Assembly: GCF_009914755.1 (NCBI RefSeq)
Contig: NC_060938.1
Direction: 5' to 3' (one strand)
Length of the DNA stretch: 64,000 bases
DNA from: the human T2T-CHM13v2.0 reference genome, Homo sapiens
Shown: in pieces, positions 18,694 through 35,235 of the stretch
How the letters are laid out: each line of letters starts with the position of its first letter
How positions within the stretch are numbered: position 1 is the stretch's first letter
Notes under the pieces: model-generated
The model's input: only the letters and a program-made list of their open reading frames with translations
What the model was told of the DNA's origin: nothing
The model's database searches: none
Translations under genes and position numbers: made by a program

Positions 18694-19209
18694 TTGTGTG
18701 TTAATTTTAAATCTAGCTACATCAATGAATTCCTTAATGTTTAAGATGAATTATCTTGGGTTTTCTAGGTATATTCTCATAATATCAGTAGATGTAATTA
18801 AACTTCTTTGCTATATTTTAAACCTTTATTTGAATTGTTTTGTCTTATTATGTTGGCTAATCTCCATTCAAATATTAAATTACAGTGGAGATAGTGAGCA
18901 TCCTTGCTTTTTTCCTGACTTTGGTAAGAATGCCTCTAATGACTAAGTGATTAAGGTGCTGAGATATATTTTATCATGTTAAGGAAGTACCCAACAATTC
19001 CTATTTTATTCAGAATTTTTAAAAAACAGAAATAGATACTGAATTGTATCAAAGGCCTTTTCAGCACCTGTGGAAATAATCTGATTTTCCTCTTTATTGA
19101 TTTATTCCACTATTGATATAGTGAATTATATTAATGGTTTTCTTAATAGGAACCATCTTTACAATCTTTGAATAGATTCACCTGGGTCATAAAGTATTTT
19201 TTAAAATGT

Positions 19210-19897
19210 CGACAATTTATGTTTTTAAGCAATTTTAGATTTACAGCAAAATTGAGTGGAAAGTACAGAGCATTCCCATATACTGCCCTCCTTCCACACA
19301 CACACTCATGCACACAGCTTTCCCCGCTATCAGCATCCGGCACCAGAGTTTACAATCCATGAAACTACATTGACACATTATCATGCAAAGTCTATAGTTT
19401 ACATTAGGGATTACTCTTCTTGTCATATACTCTTTGGATTTTGACAAATGTATGATGACATGTATTCACCATTGTAGAATTACACAGAATAGTTTCATTG
19501 CCCTAAAAATCCTCTGTGCTCCATCTATTGATCCCTCCATCCCCCCAATCCTGACAATCACTGATCTTTTCACTCTCTCCATAGTTTTGTCTTTTCTGGA
19601 GTATCATATACTTGGAGTCATACAGTACGTGGAGATTGACTTCTCCTATTTAGTAACATGCACTTAAGTTTCTTCCTTGTCTTTTCATGGTTTGGTAGCT
19701 CATTTCTTTTTAGCACTGAATAATATTCAATTGTCTGGGTTTAACACAATTTATTTATCCATTTACTTACTGAAGGACATCTTGGTTGCTACCAAGTTTT
19801 GGCAATGTGAATAAAGCTGCTATAAACATTCACTTACAGGTTTTTGTGTGAATGTAAGTATTTAACTCATTTGGGTAAATACCAAGGAGCAAGATTA
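19210..19897 (-). mobile_element. 5'-truncated L1 3' end (L1MC-like) with TSD
   Basis: L1MC-type 3'UTR (ttagatttacagcaaaattgagtggaaagtacagag; gacaaatgtatgatgacatgtat); flanked by cataaagtatttt(t)taaaatgt at about 19188 and 19898. Confidence 0.8.
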
Positions 19898-20111
19898 CAT
19901 AAAGTATTTTTAAAATGTGCTTTTGGATTCTGCTGTTAATACTTGACTTGGAATTTTTTTTTACATTCATATTCATAAATGAGAGTAGTTTATAGACTTT
20001 TTTGTACAGTCTTTGTCAGATTGTGGAATCAATATTATATTGATTGGCTTCATAAAATGTCACTGGCTTCATAAAACAATTGGGAAGTTTTTCTTATTTT
20101 AAAATGGTCCA

Positions 20112-20262
20112 AGCCGGGTGTGGTGGCTCATGCTTGTAATCTTAGCATTTTATGAGGCCAAGGCGAGAGAATCTCTTGAGGCTGGGAGTTCAGGACCACC
20201 CTGAGCAACATAGCAAGACCCTGTCTCTATTTTAAATAAAAAGAAAAAGAAATAAAAGGAAA
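20112..20262 (+). mobile_element. Alu monomer (FLAM-like)
   Basis: Left monomer with A-rich tail. Confidence 0.85.
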
Positions 20263-20475
20263 AAGCTGCAAAACAATTTATGTAGCAGCATCTAAGTATC
20301 AGATCTTTGGAAATTTAGAATAATTCCTCATGAAGCCATCTGGGCCTCATACTTTTTTGTGTGGATAGTTATTTTATATCTTTATTTTTTCTAGTAAAAT
20401 AGGTTTGTCTAGGCTATCTATCTCTACTGAAATTAATTTTGGCATATTGCAAGTTCCATTAAATCTAGGCTTTCA

Positions 20476-20780
<305 letters not shown>

Positions 20781-21075
20781 GTCAAATGTATTTTCATAAT
20801 ACTATGTAATTTTCTGTTTCAATGGCTATACTTCTCTTATTTTTTAAAATTTAGTGTTATACTTTCTTCTTCTTGTTTTGATTAATTAGTGGTCTGTCAT
20901 TAAATTGTTTCCTCAAATAATTGGCATGGTAATTTATACATTGGTTCTCTGTATTTGACATAATTGATTTCTGCTTTATCTTTATTTTACTTTCGCTTTT
21001 CTTTTTCTTTCTTTGTTTTTAATACCTTGAACTATTAAGGGGTAATCTGCTTTTCTTTGATTTACTTTGATTTAG

Positions 21076-21697
<622 letters not shown>

Positions 21698-21923
21698 TGG
21701 TTTAGGTGCATCAGTGAGAAATCAAATTCATTTTTGGCCGTTCTTTCATTTTTAGCAATAGAAATATTTAAAACTATAAATTTTTCTTTAGTCACCGATT
21801 TTTTTACAGACTTTGATATGTATTGTTTTCATTATTATTTTTTAGAAATTATTCAAGCTCAATTTTAATTCTGTTTTCCATTTCATCCAACAGTTGTTTA
21901 GTAGGGCACTTTATTTATTCAGG

Positions 21924-22245
21924 TTTTTTTTTCTGTTTTTTGTTTGTTTGTTTGTTTGTTTTGAGATGGAGTCTCCCTCTGTTGCCCAAGCTGGAGTGTA
22001 GCGGCACAATCTCAGCTCACTGCAACCTCTGCATCCTGGGTTCCAGGTGATTCTCCTGCCTCAGCCTCCTGAGTAGCTGGGACTACAGGCATGTGCCACC
22101 ATGCCTGGCTAATTTTTGTATTTTTAGTAGAGACGAGGTTTCACCATGTTGGCTAGGCTGGTCTCCAACTCCTGACCTCAACTTATCTGCCTGCCTCTGC
22201 CTCTCGAAGTGTTGGGATTATAGGTGTGAACCATGTACCTGGCCT
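21924..22245 (-). mobile_element. Alu (AluS)
   Basis: Antisense dimer; TSD tagggcacttta. Confidence 0.94.
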
Positions 22246-22329
22246 AATAGGGCACTTTAAAATTTCCAGGTGGAAAGAACTACTTGTCTTCTGTTTTTGT
22301 TACTGATTTCTAGTTTTATTATATTGTTT

Positions 22330-22469
22330 ATTTATTTAAAATTAAAAAAAAATAGAGACAAAGTCTTGCCGTGTTGCCCAGGTTGGTCTTGAATTCCCCG
22401 GCTCAAGCGATCCTCCTGTCTTGGCCTCTCAAAGTACTGGGATTACAGGCGTGAGCCACAGCACCCAGC
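22330..22469 (-). mobile_element. Alu monomer (FLAM-like)
   Basis: Antisense left monomer. Confidence 0.85.
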
Positions 22470-22511
22470 TTATTATATTATTTACTCACTAATTATTGTT
22501 TAACTAAAATG

Positions 22512-22830
22512 AGCCTGATGATGTGGCTCACGCCTATAGTACCAGTACTTTGAGAGGCCAAGGTAGGAGGATTGCTTGAGCCTAGCACTTCAAGGCCAAC
22601 CTGGGTAACATATAGAGACCCTGCTTTTACAAAATAATAATAATAATAATAAATTAGTTGGGTGTGGTGGCATGTGCCTGCTGTAGTCCCAGCTACTCAG
22701 GAGGCTGAGGTGGGAGGATCACTTGAGCCCAGGAGGTCGAGGCTGCAATAAGCCATGATCATACCATTGCACTCCAGCATGAGTGACAGCATGAGACCTT
22801 ATCTCAAATAAAATAAAAGGAAATAAAATA
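22512..22830 (+). mobile_element. Alu (AluJ-like)
   Basis: Dimer with (AAT)n linker. Confidence 0.9.
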
Positions 22831-22899
22831 AAATTTGCTTTATTTGCTTTATTCTACTATTGAAAATTTCCTTATGATATAGCCAATTTTCATTGCTGA

Positions 22900-23534
<635 letters not shown>

Positions 23535-23610
23535 CCTTTCTGTATTTTTGAAGTGTAAACTTTACCATATATCATATCCAGCAGGTCTATGTTATTATTT
23601 ATTTATTTTT

Positions 23611-23711
23611 AAAGGCTTATCAAGTGAAGCAGTGGGAGTGAAGAAGGAACAAAGAAATCTGTAGCTGGTTGTGATCAATTAGTTGTAAACACCACTGCAC
23701 TCAGACCAGCC
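23611..23711 (-). pseudogene. Y RNA (hY3) processed pseudogene
   Basis: Reverse complement reads ggctggtctgagtgcagtggtgtttacaactaattgatcacaaccagctacagatttctttgttccttcttcactcccactgcttcacttgataagccttt, near-identical to hY3; A-rich tail; TSD aggtctat(g/c)ttatt at 23583-23596 and 23713-23726. Confidence 0.95.
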
Positions 23712-25428
23712 AAGGTCTATCTTATTTATTATTAATATATTGTTTAAGGTTTTTATATCCTTGCTTAATTTGGCTGGTTAGACCTATCTTAGCCTGACAG
23801 AGAAATGTTAATGTCTCTTATTTTTATTGTTTTTATTGTGAGCTGAGCAATATGATTAATGCATCACTTTGCATTTGAGGGTAAAACAAACAAGACATAC
23901 AACAGGATTTCTTTAAATGATGCATTTATTTCTGTTAAAAACATGTCCAGGTTCTAATTCAGGGACGGACACTACCAGTTTTATTAGGCAAATACTTTAA
24001 GCCTTTAGTCTTCTCCTGTGTAAACTGACGTCGGTTATGGAATTTTTAAAATCTAATACTTTAATTGACCTATTCAATAAAGTGCTTTTGAAATGATACT
24101 CTTCCAAGCCCCGCAGTTACTGACTGAAATAATTGCAATAATGACAGCTATCATTTGTTTAGTGCTCACTGCCCACCAGGCTCCACGCTTGGCACTTCAC
24201 GTACACAGCTCCACTGAATCATGGCATCTTCCTTTTAATTTTTCCTCAATCTCTAGGATGTTGGACTATGGTTCAACTGGCAATACACAACTTGCATCTT
24301 GTTGGATGCAACTTTCTACTTTTATTAGGACAATGGTCAGAAAGAACCATTAGTCAAGGGAGCAATTAGCCAACATTTATTTCTGTTAGTTTCCAAGTTT
24401 GACAGGAAACAAGACCAGAATGAGATAAGGAGCTCTGGCCTTTACAGGGTGTGATCCAACTCTTGGAAAAACAGAGCTGTTTTCTTGGCTAGCTATTTTC
24501 ATCCAGGTTTATACAAGTGCTCCCAAAGTGGTAAAAAATATTGTAGCCAAAGATTGTTCCTTGAGTTAGACAGAGATAGCATAACAAGGAGTGTTTAGCA
24601 CTAAGTTAATCTCCTTTTTTTTTTTTTTTTTTTGCAGTAACATAGTAATGCAATAGGAATAAGTAATGAGATGGTCTCACCTTGCCTCAGATTAATGAAT
24701 ATTATACCTGCTTCTTCAGATGAAGAGACTTTGTGTTGTTTTTAAATTCACTTACCCATCTGGTGAATCACTTAACATTATTATCTCCTATTACCACCAG
24801 GGTTGATAAATACATGATAGCATTGTCACACTACCACCTTCTGTGCCCATGACAGAGAATCAGTCATTAATCAACTTGTATACTTCCTTGCCAAATCTAG
24901 ATGGAACCCCACAATTTTTTAAAACATGGCACCCAAGTATAAGACTGGAATTAGCTCCTAAGATAAAATCTGTTGCCATCCTTGTTTAGGCACTCAGGAT
25001 GCAAGTATAAACACATGAGGGTGGGATGCAGAAATATAAATAGCAACTCTTGTGCCATGAGATCGGGCGACAGGGAGGAGTTGCTGCCTAACTTAGAGTG
25101 GTGAATTTAGCATTTCTTTAATGGCATGAGGATGGCCAACTCTCTTGAGTTCCTTAGACCATGATTTTTGTTAGTGACTCTTGGTTCACCTGCTCAGTAC
25201 GCTGTGCAAGTATATGCGGAATGTCTACTTCTGTGGTTCTCACCCATGTGTCACAGTATGTTTGTGTACCAAGTCACAGATGTGCTTTCATTTTGATCAA
25301 CTTGCAAAACTTATGCTTATTGCAATTGGAGTTAGCAAAGTCTCTCAGGCAGGCTGTTGAGCCCAACGGATCATTTGTTATAAAATACAGAGGATTGATG
25401 GGGCATGGGGCATAATATGACAACATAC

Positions 25429-25736
<308 letters not shown>

Positions 25737-26429
25737 GACAACATACTATGTTATCACACTACATTTGTATTTCGGTACATGGAAGAGTGTACGCATGGCC
25801 AGGTTCATGGCAACCCTTACTGTTTCCTAGTCAGAGATGTAACCATATGAGCCATCCATTTATAGGCCCAGGGTTGTGTTTTAAAAGAACTAGGTATGTC
25901 TCAGTTTGGCTTAACATTAACATTTGATTATCACTTCAAAGTACAGAGGATCTGTTTCATTGCACTTGTCATTAGTTTAATCTGCTGATTTAAAAGTATG
26001 TATTAATTTAATATCCAAACTAGGATGGCTAAGAGACACCACAGGTAATTAGAAGGGTCTAATTAGAGACACCTAAAAATATTTTGAGACATTGTATTCT
26101 GGACTCTTTAAGGTGTACTAGACAACATGGAGCAACAGTTCTTTCACTTCAACAAGGGCTTGTAACATAGATGCCTGGAAGGAAACAATGACTAGGAAAT
26201 TGTAACATTTTCTCCAGAGACTGTTACCATTATGATTTTGCAGGATTTACTGTAAAGAAAGCAATAGACATAGAATGGAAATGAATAGAACCGAGAAGAG
26301 AAAAATAGCAGACAATGCTTTGTATACAGCTCCACAAATCCTAGAGCCCAACTTCTCCCTAAAATTGGCTCTCCAGCTTGCAACTCTCCAACCCATCAAG
26401 CAAAGTGGTTTTAGGAAAAGACAGCATAT

Positions 26430-26759
<330 letters not shown>

Positions 26760-27149
26760 TTATAGAGCTTTGTTGTGACTCAAGCCATTGTTAATAAATC
26801 ATGCAAAGCTAGGTAGTCTGAGAAGTGATACCATTGGAAGGATAATCTAGGAATACAAGGAACTCTGCATTTGTGAAGAGTTGAGCTACTGACCATTAAT
26901 AAAATGTGCATTTCAAATAATTTGCCTGAATCATCCTGGTAGTCACAGAGGTAAACGTTTTTGAAACAATTGTTCCAAATTGTGGGTACAACTTACAACT
27001 AATTTTTCCCATTAATATATGTTTGCTGAATGCATTATCAAACGTCTAATCTCTGCTCTTTGCCATCTAGTTTGAGTCACTTAAATAATTCAGGCAAGAT
27101 TCTGTAGCCACAGACATATATATGAACTTGGAGTTTTAAGAAAAGTTAA

Positions 27150-27480
27150 GGCCGGTTGCAGTGGCTCATGCCTGTAATCCTAGCACTTTGGGAGGCTGAG
27201 GTGGGAGGATCACTTGAGGCCAGGAGTTTGAGACTAGCTTGGGCAACACAGCCAAACCCCGACTCTAAAAAAATGCAAAAATTACCGGTGTGGTGTCGTG
27301 CGCCTGTGGTCCCAGCTACTAAGCGGGGGGGGGGGGGGGGGGGGAATGAAATGGATGAAATGGGGGGGGGGGGGTTGAGGCTGGAGGATATCTTGAGACC
27401 AGGAGGTAGAGGCTGCAGTGAGTTTAGATCGCGCCACTGTACTCCAGCCTGGGCGACAGAGTGAGACCCTGTCTAAAAAA
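27150..27480 (+). mobile_element. Alu (AluJ-like) with a G20/G13 insert in the right arm
   Basis: Dimer; TSD gaaaa(a)gttaa; G-runs at 27325-27344 and 27362-27374. Confidence 0.9.
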
Positions 27481-28099
27481 TGAAAAAGTTAAATTTGATT
27501 GTGATAGAAACTCAATAGAGAAATATTGAAAATCCGCTGCTTTTTAATGTAATAATAGTGAGGTGCGCCTTTTATTTGGAACTTCAAGTGCCTTAGTAAT
27601 ACGGTAATCACAGCGCTAGAGGTAAGTGGGTGTCAAGTGGCATCATCCTGGGTCCAAAGGGACTGATTATGGGCTGGAAAATCAAACTGGCACCTGCAAG
27701 ACGCAGTTCCAAGGATGCAGTTCGCAGTGAGTTTTCAGACCTGGATGATGTATGTCAGGTCGGACGACTGAGACAGCTCTCCACTTCCCCTCATCCAAGG
27801 GGAAGGAGGAACCCAGTTATCTGCATTAACAAACGCCTCCCCTTCTCTCCAGGTGACCCCAAGATCCGGACCACACTACGAAATACGGATCCAGATTTTA
27901 AAGGCCTTCGAATCCAAAGTCCTCGTTTTACAAAGAGCCCGCGGGGTGAAATGACTTGCTCATGGTCTGGTAGCTAATCGCAGATCTGCTCTCTAACTCC
28001 TACTTCCAAGACCCAGGAATCTACGGGTGTTGGAGAAGACCCCTCCTGAAATCCTCCAGAAGAGCTTTTTGAGGGAGCTTGTGGCTCCTGTTCACCCAG

Positions 28100-29480
28100 C
28101 CCCGGGTAAGAAAAGGGTCGCGAACCTGCATTGCGAGGTGGTCTCTCCCTCACACCACCTCTGATGTCCCAAAAGACGGGGAGAAAGTTGCCCGCCCCGG
28201 GCTGCGGCGGGGCCTGCTGCTCCGCCCCGGCGCTGGCGGGCGCGCTCTACACTGGCCGCCGAGGGGCGAGCGCGGGACCCGGAGGCGGGCGGCGGGCGGG
28301 GAAGGCGCGGGGCGTGGTTTGCCGCTTTCCGAGCGCCAAGGAGCGGAGCGCGCTCAGCTGCGCCCAGAGCCTTCGGCCGGACCTGAAAAAGCGAGAGGGA
28401 GAGCGAGCAAAAGGCGCGATCCAGAGAGCCAGGCAAGCGGGGCGCCGACCTCGGGCGGCCCCGGCCCGCGCCCTTGCCCCTCGGCCGGGCGGACGGTGGG
28501 TGAGCGCGGCCGCGGGGCCCCAGCACCCCGGTGCGCCCCGGAGAGAGTGGGAGGGAGGGGAAGGGGCGGGGGCGAGAGAGGGAAAGGTCTCTGAGCCGGG
28601 GGCGGGGGCGGCGGGAGACGGGAACCGACCCGATGCCGGGGTCCGAGCCGGGCCACAGGAAACTTTGCTCGGGTGGGGAGAGCGGGGTGCGCGGAGGGCG
28701 CCGTAAACTTGTCAGCGGGCGGGGCGCTCCGGGGATTGGAGCGAGCGCCAGCGGGTGGCGTTTGTCTCTCTGGGTTCTTTGTGTCACCTCCGGGCCCCAG
28801 CCCGCCGGTCCGCCCGGCTCGGGCAGGCGCTGCGCGGGAGGCTGTGCCCGGGTGCCCCGGCCGCCCCCTCCCGGGCCCAGGCCCCGGCCCTCGGGGGCCG
28901 CTGATTGTTTTCATTCCTCGCGTCACGCCTGGGCGGGAAAGATTTTGAACGCCGCGTGAGCTGGAAGGCGGACAGCCGCGGCGCAGAGATTGCAGGATCG
29001 TGAGCGGTGCGGTGCTCGCCCCGGGGACCCGGGAACCCGCGGGTCGGGGCGCACCGGGGCTGGAGAGGGCGCGGGGACGGGCGGCCCGGGCACTGGAGGG
29101 GCGGCGGCGGGTGCGGCAGCCTAGCGCCTCCGCGGGGGCGGGGGGGCGCTCCGACGGCCGGGATTATAATTCCATTTTGATTGCTTGGGGTCTTTGTTGT
29201 CTGAAATTGCCTTTAGGGTCTGACGGTGGCACCTTCTCCTCCTTAGGTTATTTTTCTTCTGTTGAAAAGGGCGGGGCGGGGGCTGTGTATGGAATCAGTG
29301 CTGCTGGGAACATTAGCGCCTTATTTGATTGAGGCTGAGAAGTCCTGTGTAGCATTCGCGTTTGTGGAAGCCTGCTGTTTCCGAAAGTTATTTCCCCCTC
29401 CCTCCGTGAAAGGGAGCGTCTGAGCTGGACGCCGCAGGCACGGTTGTGTACAAGCACCAGCAAGTCGGAGCCAACCCGTG
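28100..29480. promoter_or_regulatory. CpG island / housekeeping-type promoter
   Basis: Very high GC and CpG density compared with the depleted flanks; several Sp/KLF GC boxes (ggggcgtgg about 28309, ggggcgggg about 28563); free of repeats. Confidence 0.93.
28320..28499 (+). other. Probable non-coding first exon of a + strand gene (start approximate)
   Basis: Follows the GC boxes and contains no ATG; candidate donors CAG|GCAAGC (28433), ACG|GTGGGT (28496) and TGG|GTGAGC (28500); downstream sequence is T/G-skewed like a + strand intron. Confidence 0.55.
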
Positions 29481-30489
29481 AGGGTTCTTTCAAGCCGCTC
29501 CACACTTGGCATCACTTTTTTTTTTTTTTTTGAGTTTGTTTTATTTGAAGCAACTTTTGTGTGCTTTTCTAGAAGTCCGAAGGCTTCGTTGCAGATACTA
29601 TTTGGCTATGCTAGGATGGGTTCGATCATTTTTAGAGTTGGGGAATACAATTAAACCATGCCGGGCTACACCTGGCCTTCTCACCACTCCAGTACCTGCC
29701 ACTGAGACATCGTAAACATGTTCAGAGGAGAGTGTTCAGCTTTTATGGGATGAATATTTGGTGTGTTTTCATGCTTTAATGCATGACTCCTTCTCCAAGT
29801 TGTCTTTCTGGAAAGCTGTGGAGACTCTTAAGGGCTTTTCCTGAGATAATTACTGAACGGCTTTAGCCCGGCCAGCCCCCTGGGGCGGTGGGAACAGGTG
29901 TAATCCTCATTAAGTTTTTTCGTGGTGAAGAATGGAGATGTCAAAATAAGTAAAAAGTGGAAATGTTTAGGTCTTTGTCCACATGTTTGAATTAACAAAG
30001 CTTATCTGAATTTTTAAAAAATCAAACTCAAACCACTTTTGGTCAGCTAGCCTTAAAATTGTTTGAAAAATCATGTGAATAAATTTACCTAATTAGAAAT
30101 TTTTTAGCATTTCAGTGGATTCGTGTTAATTGTGTTGTAGGATATTACAGAATGTTTAGAGAACTGAGTCACAATGAGGTTATTCTGAGTAGTGCTCTCA
30201 CTAGCATAAGGTGAGAGTTAATGTAAAATTTAAAAACTGAATGAATCACATTTTAATAAGGGAACGGGTGAAAAGCAATTGGTTCATTTTTCATTATTAT
30301 ATTTTTCATTACTTATATGTTTTAAATATATATTTTCAATAATTTCACAAAGTTATTTATTCATTTACTCAAACTCCTACATATACCAGCCACTGTGCTG
30401 GCTTCTGGAGATCTGAATAATAATAGTTACTCCTTATAGAATGCTTATTTTATACCAGTAGATATTTTACATAGATTACCTTTTTACCT

Positions 30490-31570
30490 TTTTCATCTAT
30501 AAGTATTTATTGAGTACCTACAATGTATTGTGCTGGGTGTTGGGGCGATAGTGGTGCACAAGACAGTCGTGATTCCTGCCCTTATCTAGGTGGGGAATCT
30601 AGGCAGGAAATAAAATATATTGCTAAACTAATAGCAGCTTTTGAAAGGTAAATCATATCACATCATTCTTCTGTTCAAAACCCTCCATTGGCTTCCTATG
30701 TCTCTCTGAGTGAATGGCAAAGACCTGACAGTGGCTCCCAGAACAACCTCTTTTGGCTTCCCTGCCTCTCCATGCTGTGACTTTCCTATCTTATCTGTTG
30801 CTCTCCTCCCTACTCGAGTGTCTACAGCCAAACCAGCTTTCTTGCTGCATGAGGGCCTTTGGACTTGTTGTGCGCTGCCTGGAATGACCCCCTGTCCCTA
30901 GCTCCCATATCTCTAATGGCTCTTGTTGATCTGACCCCCTTCACTTCTTTACTTGATGTTATTTTGTCAGTGAGCCTTCACTAACCTCCAAATTTAAAAT
31001 CACAGCCATCCTCGCGACTCCCATTCCTCCTTTCATAAGTTGTTATTTTTCCTCCGTAGCACTTATGGCTATATCATATGTTGCTTGTTTATTGTCTGTC
31101 TTTTTCGGGAGATTTTATATCCTTCAGAACTGTATCACAGCTGTTTTATTCACTGTTACACCTTCAGAATCTGGAACGGTAACTGGCGTATAGCAGGTCC
31201 TCAATAACTTGAATGAGTGTTGAGTGGAAAGAAGGGTATAACAGAGTGCTGGGACATGGAATAACCAAGGCCTCCTAGAATACTGGTGAGAAGGCCTCTA
31301 GGTGGAAGTGACATTTAACTGAGACTTGAAGATGAGAAGGAGCTAGCCATGTTGTTGTGGCATAAGAGGTTGTAGAGAGGAGACAGGCATGGAAGAAGAT
31401 CCGGCCGAGAGATAGGATGCTCAAAGGCCTCCAGGCAGGAAAGAGCTAGGTGGTGTGTGGATTTATTGGAACTGAGAGGTCATTGTGGCTGAGCACTGTC
31501 AAGTTAAGGGAGGGTAGGACTAAATGACAGGGTGGAAATCAGGTGTCAGATCATGCAGGGCCTTTCTGGA
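30490..31570. mobile_element. L2 fragments: sense 3' end (about 30645-31220) nested within antisense L2 pieces
   Basis: Motifs ttcaaaaccctccattggcttcc, ctgcctggaatg, caggtcctcaataa...tgaatga; antisense tatttattgagtacctac and gtgacatttaactgagacttgaa. Confidence 0.7.
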
Positions 31571-31599
31571 GAAATTAACATGGAATCCTCATATGTAGC

Positions 31600-31740
31600 C
31601 TATTAGCCCTTTTTATGGTTTAAGAAACTGGGCATCAGGGAGATTGAATAACTTTCTGAGATTATGCAGTAGGTGAGTGGCAGCGCCTAGAATACAAAGC
31701 CAGGCTCGCAGACTCTAACGAACCTGTATCTGACCACTAT
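31600..31740 (-). mobile_element. MIR fragment
   Basis: aagaaactgggcatcagggagattgaataacttt resembles the MIR core. Confidence 0.6.
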
Positions 31741-32127
31741 GTCAAAATCAAAAGACAGTCCCTGTCCTGGTGAAGCTGTTAGTCTAGTGGGAAGACAAGC
31801 TATTGCAGTATACACATGTGCTCCTGGGGGCTGTGGGAGGAGGGAAGCCCCTAGTTCTGCCTGGGAGTGGGACAGGCCAAATTGGAAACATACAATCATT
31901 TTTCCTTTTTTATTATTGTGAAATATTTCAGATTGGCAACATCTTAATTAAGAAATAATATTAAATACAATAGCCTATTCTCTGAGTCTTCACTGTATGT
32001 TCCCCTCCTTTTTTTCTTTTTAAAGACAAAATGCTTGCTTTCACATGTACAAAGGATCTGTGTCATAATGCCCCCTTTCCTACTTTCATCAAATAAAAGA
32101 TTATGTCTGGAGTAGTGTAAATTCACT

Positions 32128-32418
32128 TATTTTATTTTTTTGAGACAAGGTCTCGTTCTATCACCCAGGCTGGAGTACAGTGGTGCGATCATGGCTCACT
32201 GTAGCCTCTACCTCCTGGGCCCAAGTGATTCTCCCACCCCGGCCTCCCAAGTAACTGACTACAGGTGCACACTACCATGCCTGGCCAACTGTGAATTTTT
32301 TTGTAGAGAAGAGGTCTCACCATGTTGCCTAGGCTGGTCTCCAACTCCTGGCCTCAAGTGATCCTCCCACCTCAGCCTCCCAAAGTGCTGGATTACAGGC
32401 ATGAGTCTGCCCTTGGCC
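32128..32418 (-). mobile_element. Alu (AluJ-like)
   Basis: Antisense dimer. Confidence 0.92.
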
Positions 32419-33250
32419 TCGTGTTTACATTTGAGAAGTTTTTGACTTATGTATAGACCTGTGGAACTGTCTCCCTGTAGCTCCTTGCTATACCCTGAAT
32501 CCCTCTTCCTCATCCAGCCAATGATAGCTTTCTGTCTCTGTGGATTAGTTTGCGTTTTTTAGAATGTTATGTAAATGGAATCATGTAGTAAGTTCTCTTC
32601 TTTGCCTGGCTTTTGCTTAGCATAATTATTTTGAGACTCATCCACATTGTATCAATAGCTGATTTCTTTTTATTGTTAAGTAATACTCCATTGTACTGAT
32701 AGACGCCAGTTCATGTATCTTTTCACCCATTGATAGACATTTAGGTTGTTTCTGGTTTTGGGCTATTAAAAATAAAGCTGCCATGAACATTATACACAGT
32801 CTTTGTATGCATATCTTTCATTTCCCCTGGGTAGATGTCTAGGAGTAGAATGACTAGATCCTATGGTAGGCATATGTTTAATTTTTCAAAGAACTACTAT
32901 ACTTTTCCAAAGTGGTTATATAATATAACCAAAATAGTCTATGAGGGTTCCAGTTGCCCCAGATCCTTGCCAACAGTTGGGGTGGTTAGGCTTTTATAGC
33001 CATTCTGTTGGGTGTGTAGTGACACCTCATTGTGGTTTTAATTTCCATTTCCCTGATGACTAATGATGTTGAGCATCATTTCATATGCTTATTTACCATC
33101 CATTTATCTTCTTTGTTGAAGTGTCTACTCAAATTTTTTGCCCGTTTTCTTGCATTGTTTTCCTTCTTATTGAGTTTTGAGAGTTCTTTGTGTATTCTGG
33201 ATGCAAGTCATTTGTCACGTGTAAGATTTGCAAATATTTCCATTCAGTCT

Positions 33251-34132
<882 letters not shown>

Positions 34133-34371
34133 AATTTATTACATTCTCTTAACAATATCTTTTGAAGATACTGTTCTTAATTTTGATGAAGTACAATTTG
34201 TCAATTTATTCTTTATGGATTGTACTTTTGGTATTATTATCTAAGAAATCTGCCTAATTCAAAGTCAAAAAGGCTTTCTCCTATGATTTTTTTCTAAAAT
34301 TTTTATAGGTTTTGGTTTAACATTTAGGTTCATGTACTTTAATTTTTGTTTATGGTGTGAATATGGGTGGA

Positions 34372-34583
34372 AGTTTACCCCACCTATGCCAGGAACATTT
34401 GGTAATTTTTGGAGACAGTGTCTGGAAACCATGTCTGGTGTAGGGACGAGGGGCATTTGTTCCCAGCCATCTACTGGGCAGAAGTCTAGGATGCTGCTAG
34501 ATACCCTACAGTGGATAGGTGAGATCCTCTCAATAGAGAATTATTCAGCCAAAGTGTTAGTAGTGCCAGGGTTGAGACACTCT
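34372..34583 (+). mobile_element. MER20 (hAT-Charlie)
   Basis: Motifs gaacatttggtaat, catctactgggcagaagtctaggatgctgcta, agagaattattcagcc, gtgccagggttgaga. Confidence 0.72.
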
Positions 34584-34888
34584 AGGCTTGAGGTTTATTA
34601 ATTTTATTGAACTCCATGAACCAGCTGTTGGTTTCATTGATATTGTTTAATATTTTTCTATTTTCCCTTTGATTGATTTTCACTCAGATCTTTATTTTTC
34701 CCTTCTACTTTTGGGTTTAATTTGTTCTTATTCCAGTTTCCTTAGGTCATTGATTTGTGACTTTTCTTCTTTTCTGATATAGGTGTTTAGTCTTTTAAAT
34801 TTATTCCTCAGTACTACTTTAGTGACATCTCACAAATTTTGATATGGTGTGATTTTATTTGTATTTAGTTAAAAATACTTTTAAAATT

Positions 34889-35217
<329 letters not shown>

Positions 35218-35235
35218 CTAAAGGAGTGGACTCCA

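Noticed and set aside
28079-29332. Long ORFs (110-231 aa) on both strands of the CpG island
   Set aside because: Overlapping Gly/Arg/Pro/Ala-rich frames, several starting at non-ATG codons, are expected from stop-codon scarcity in GC-rich DNA; no recognisable domain.
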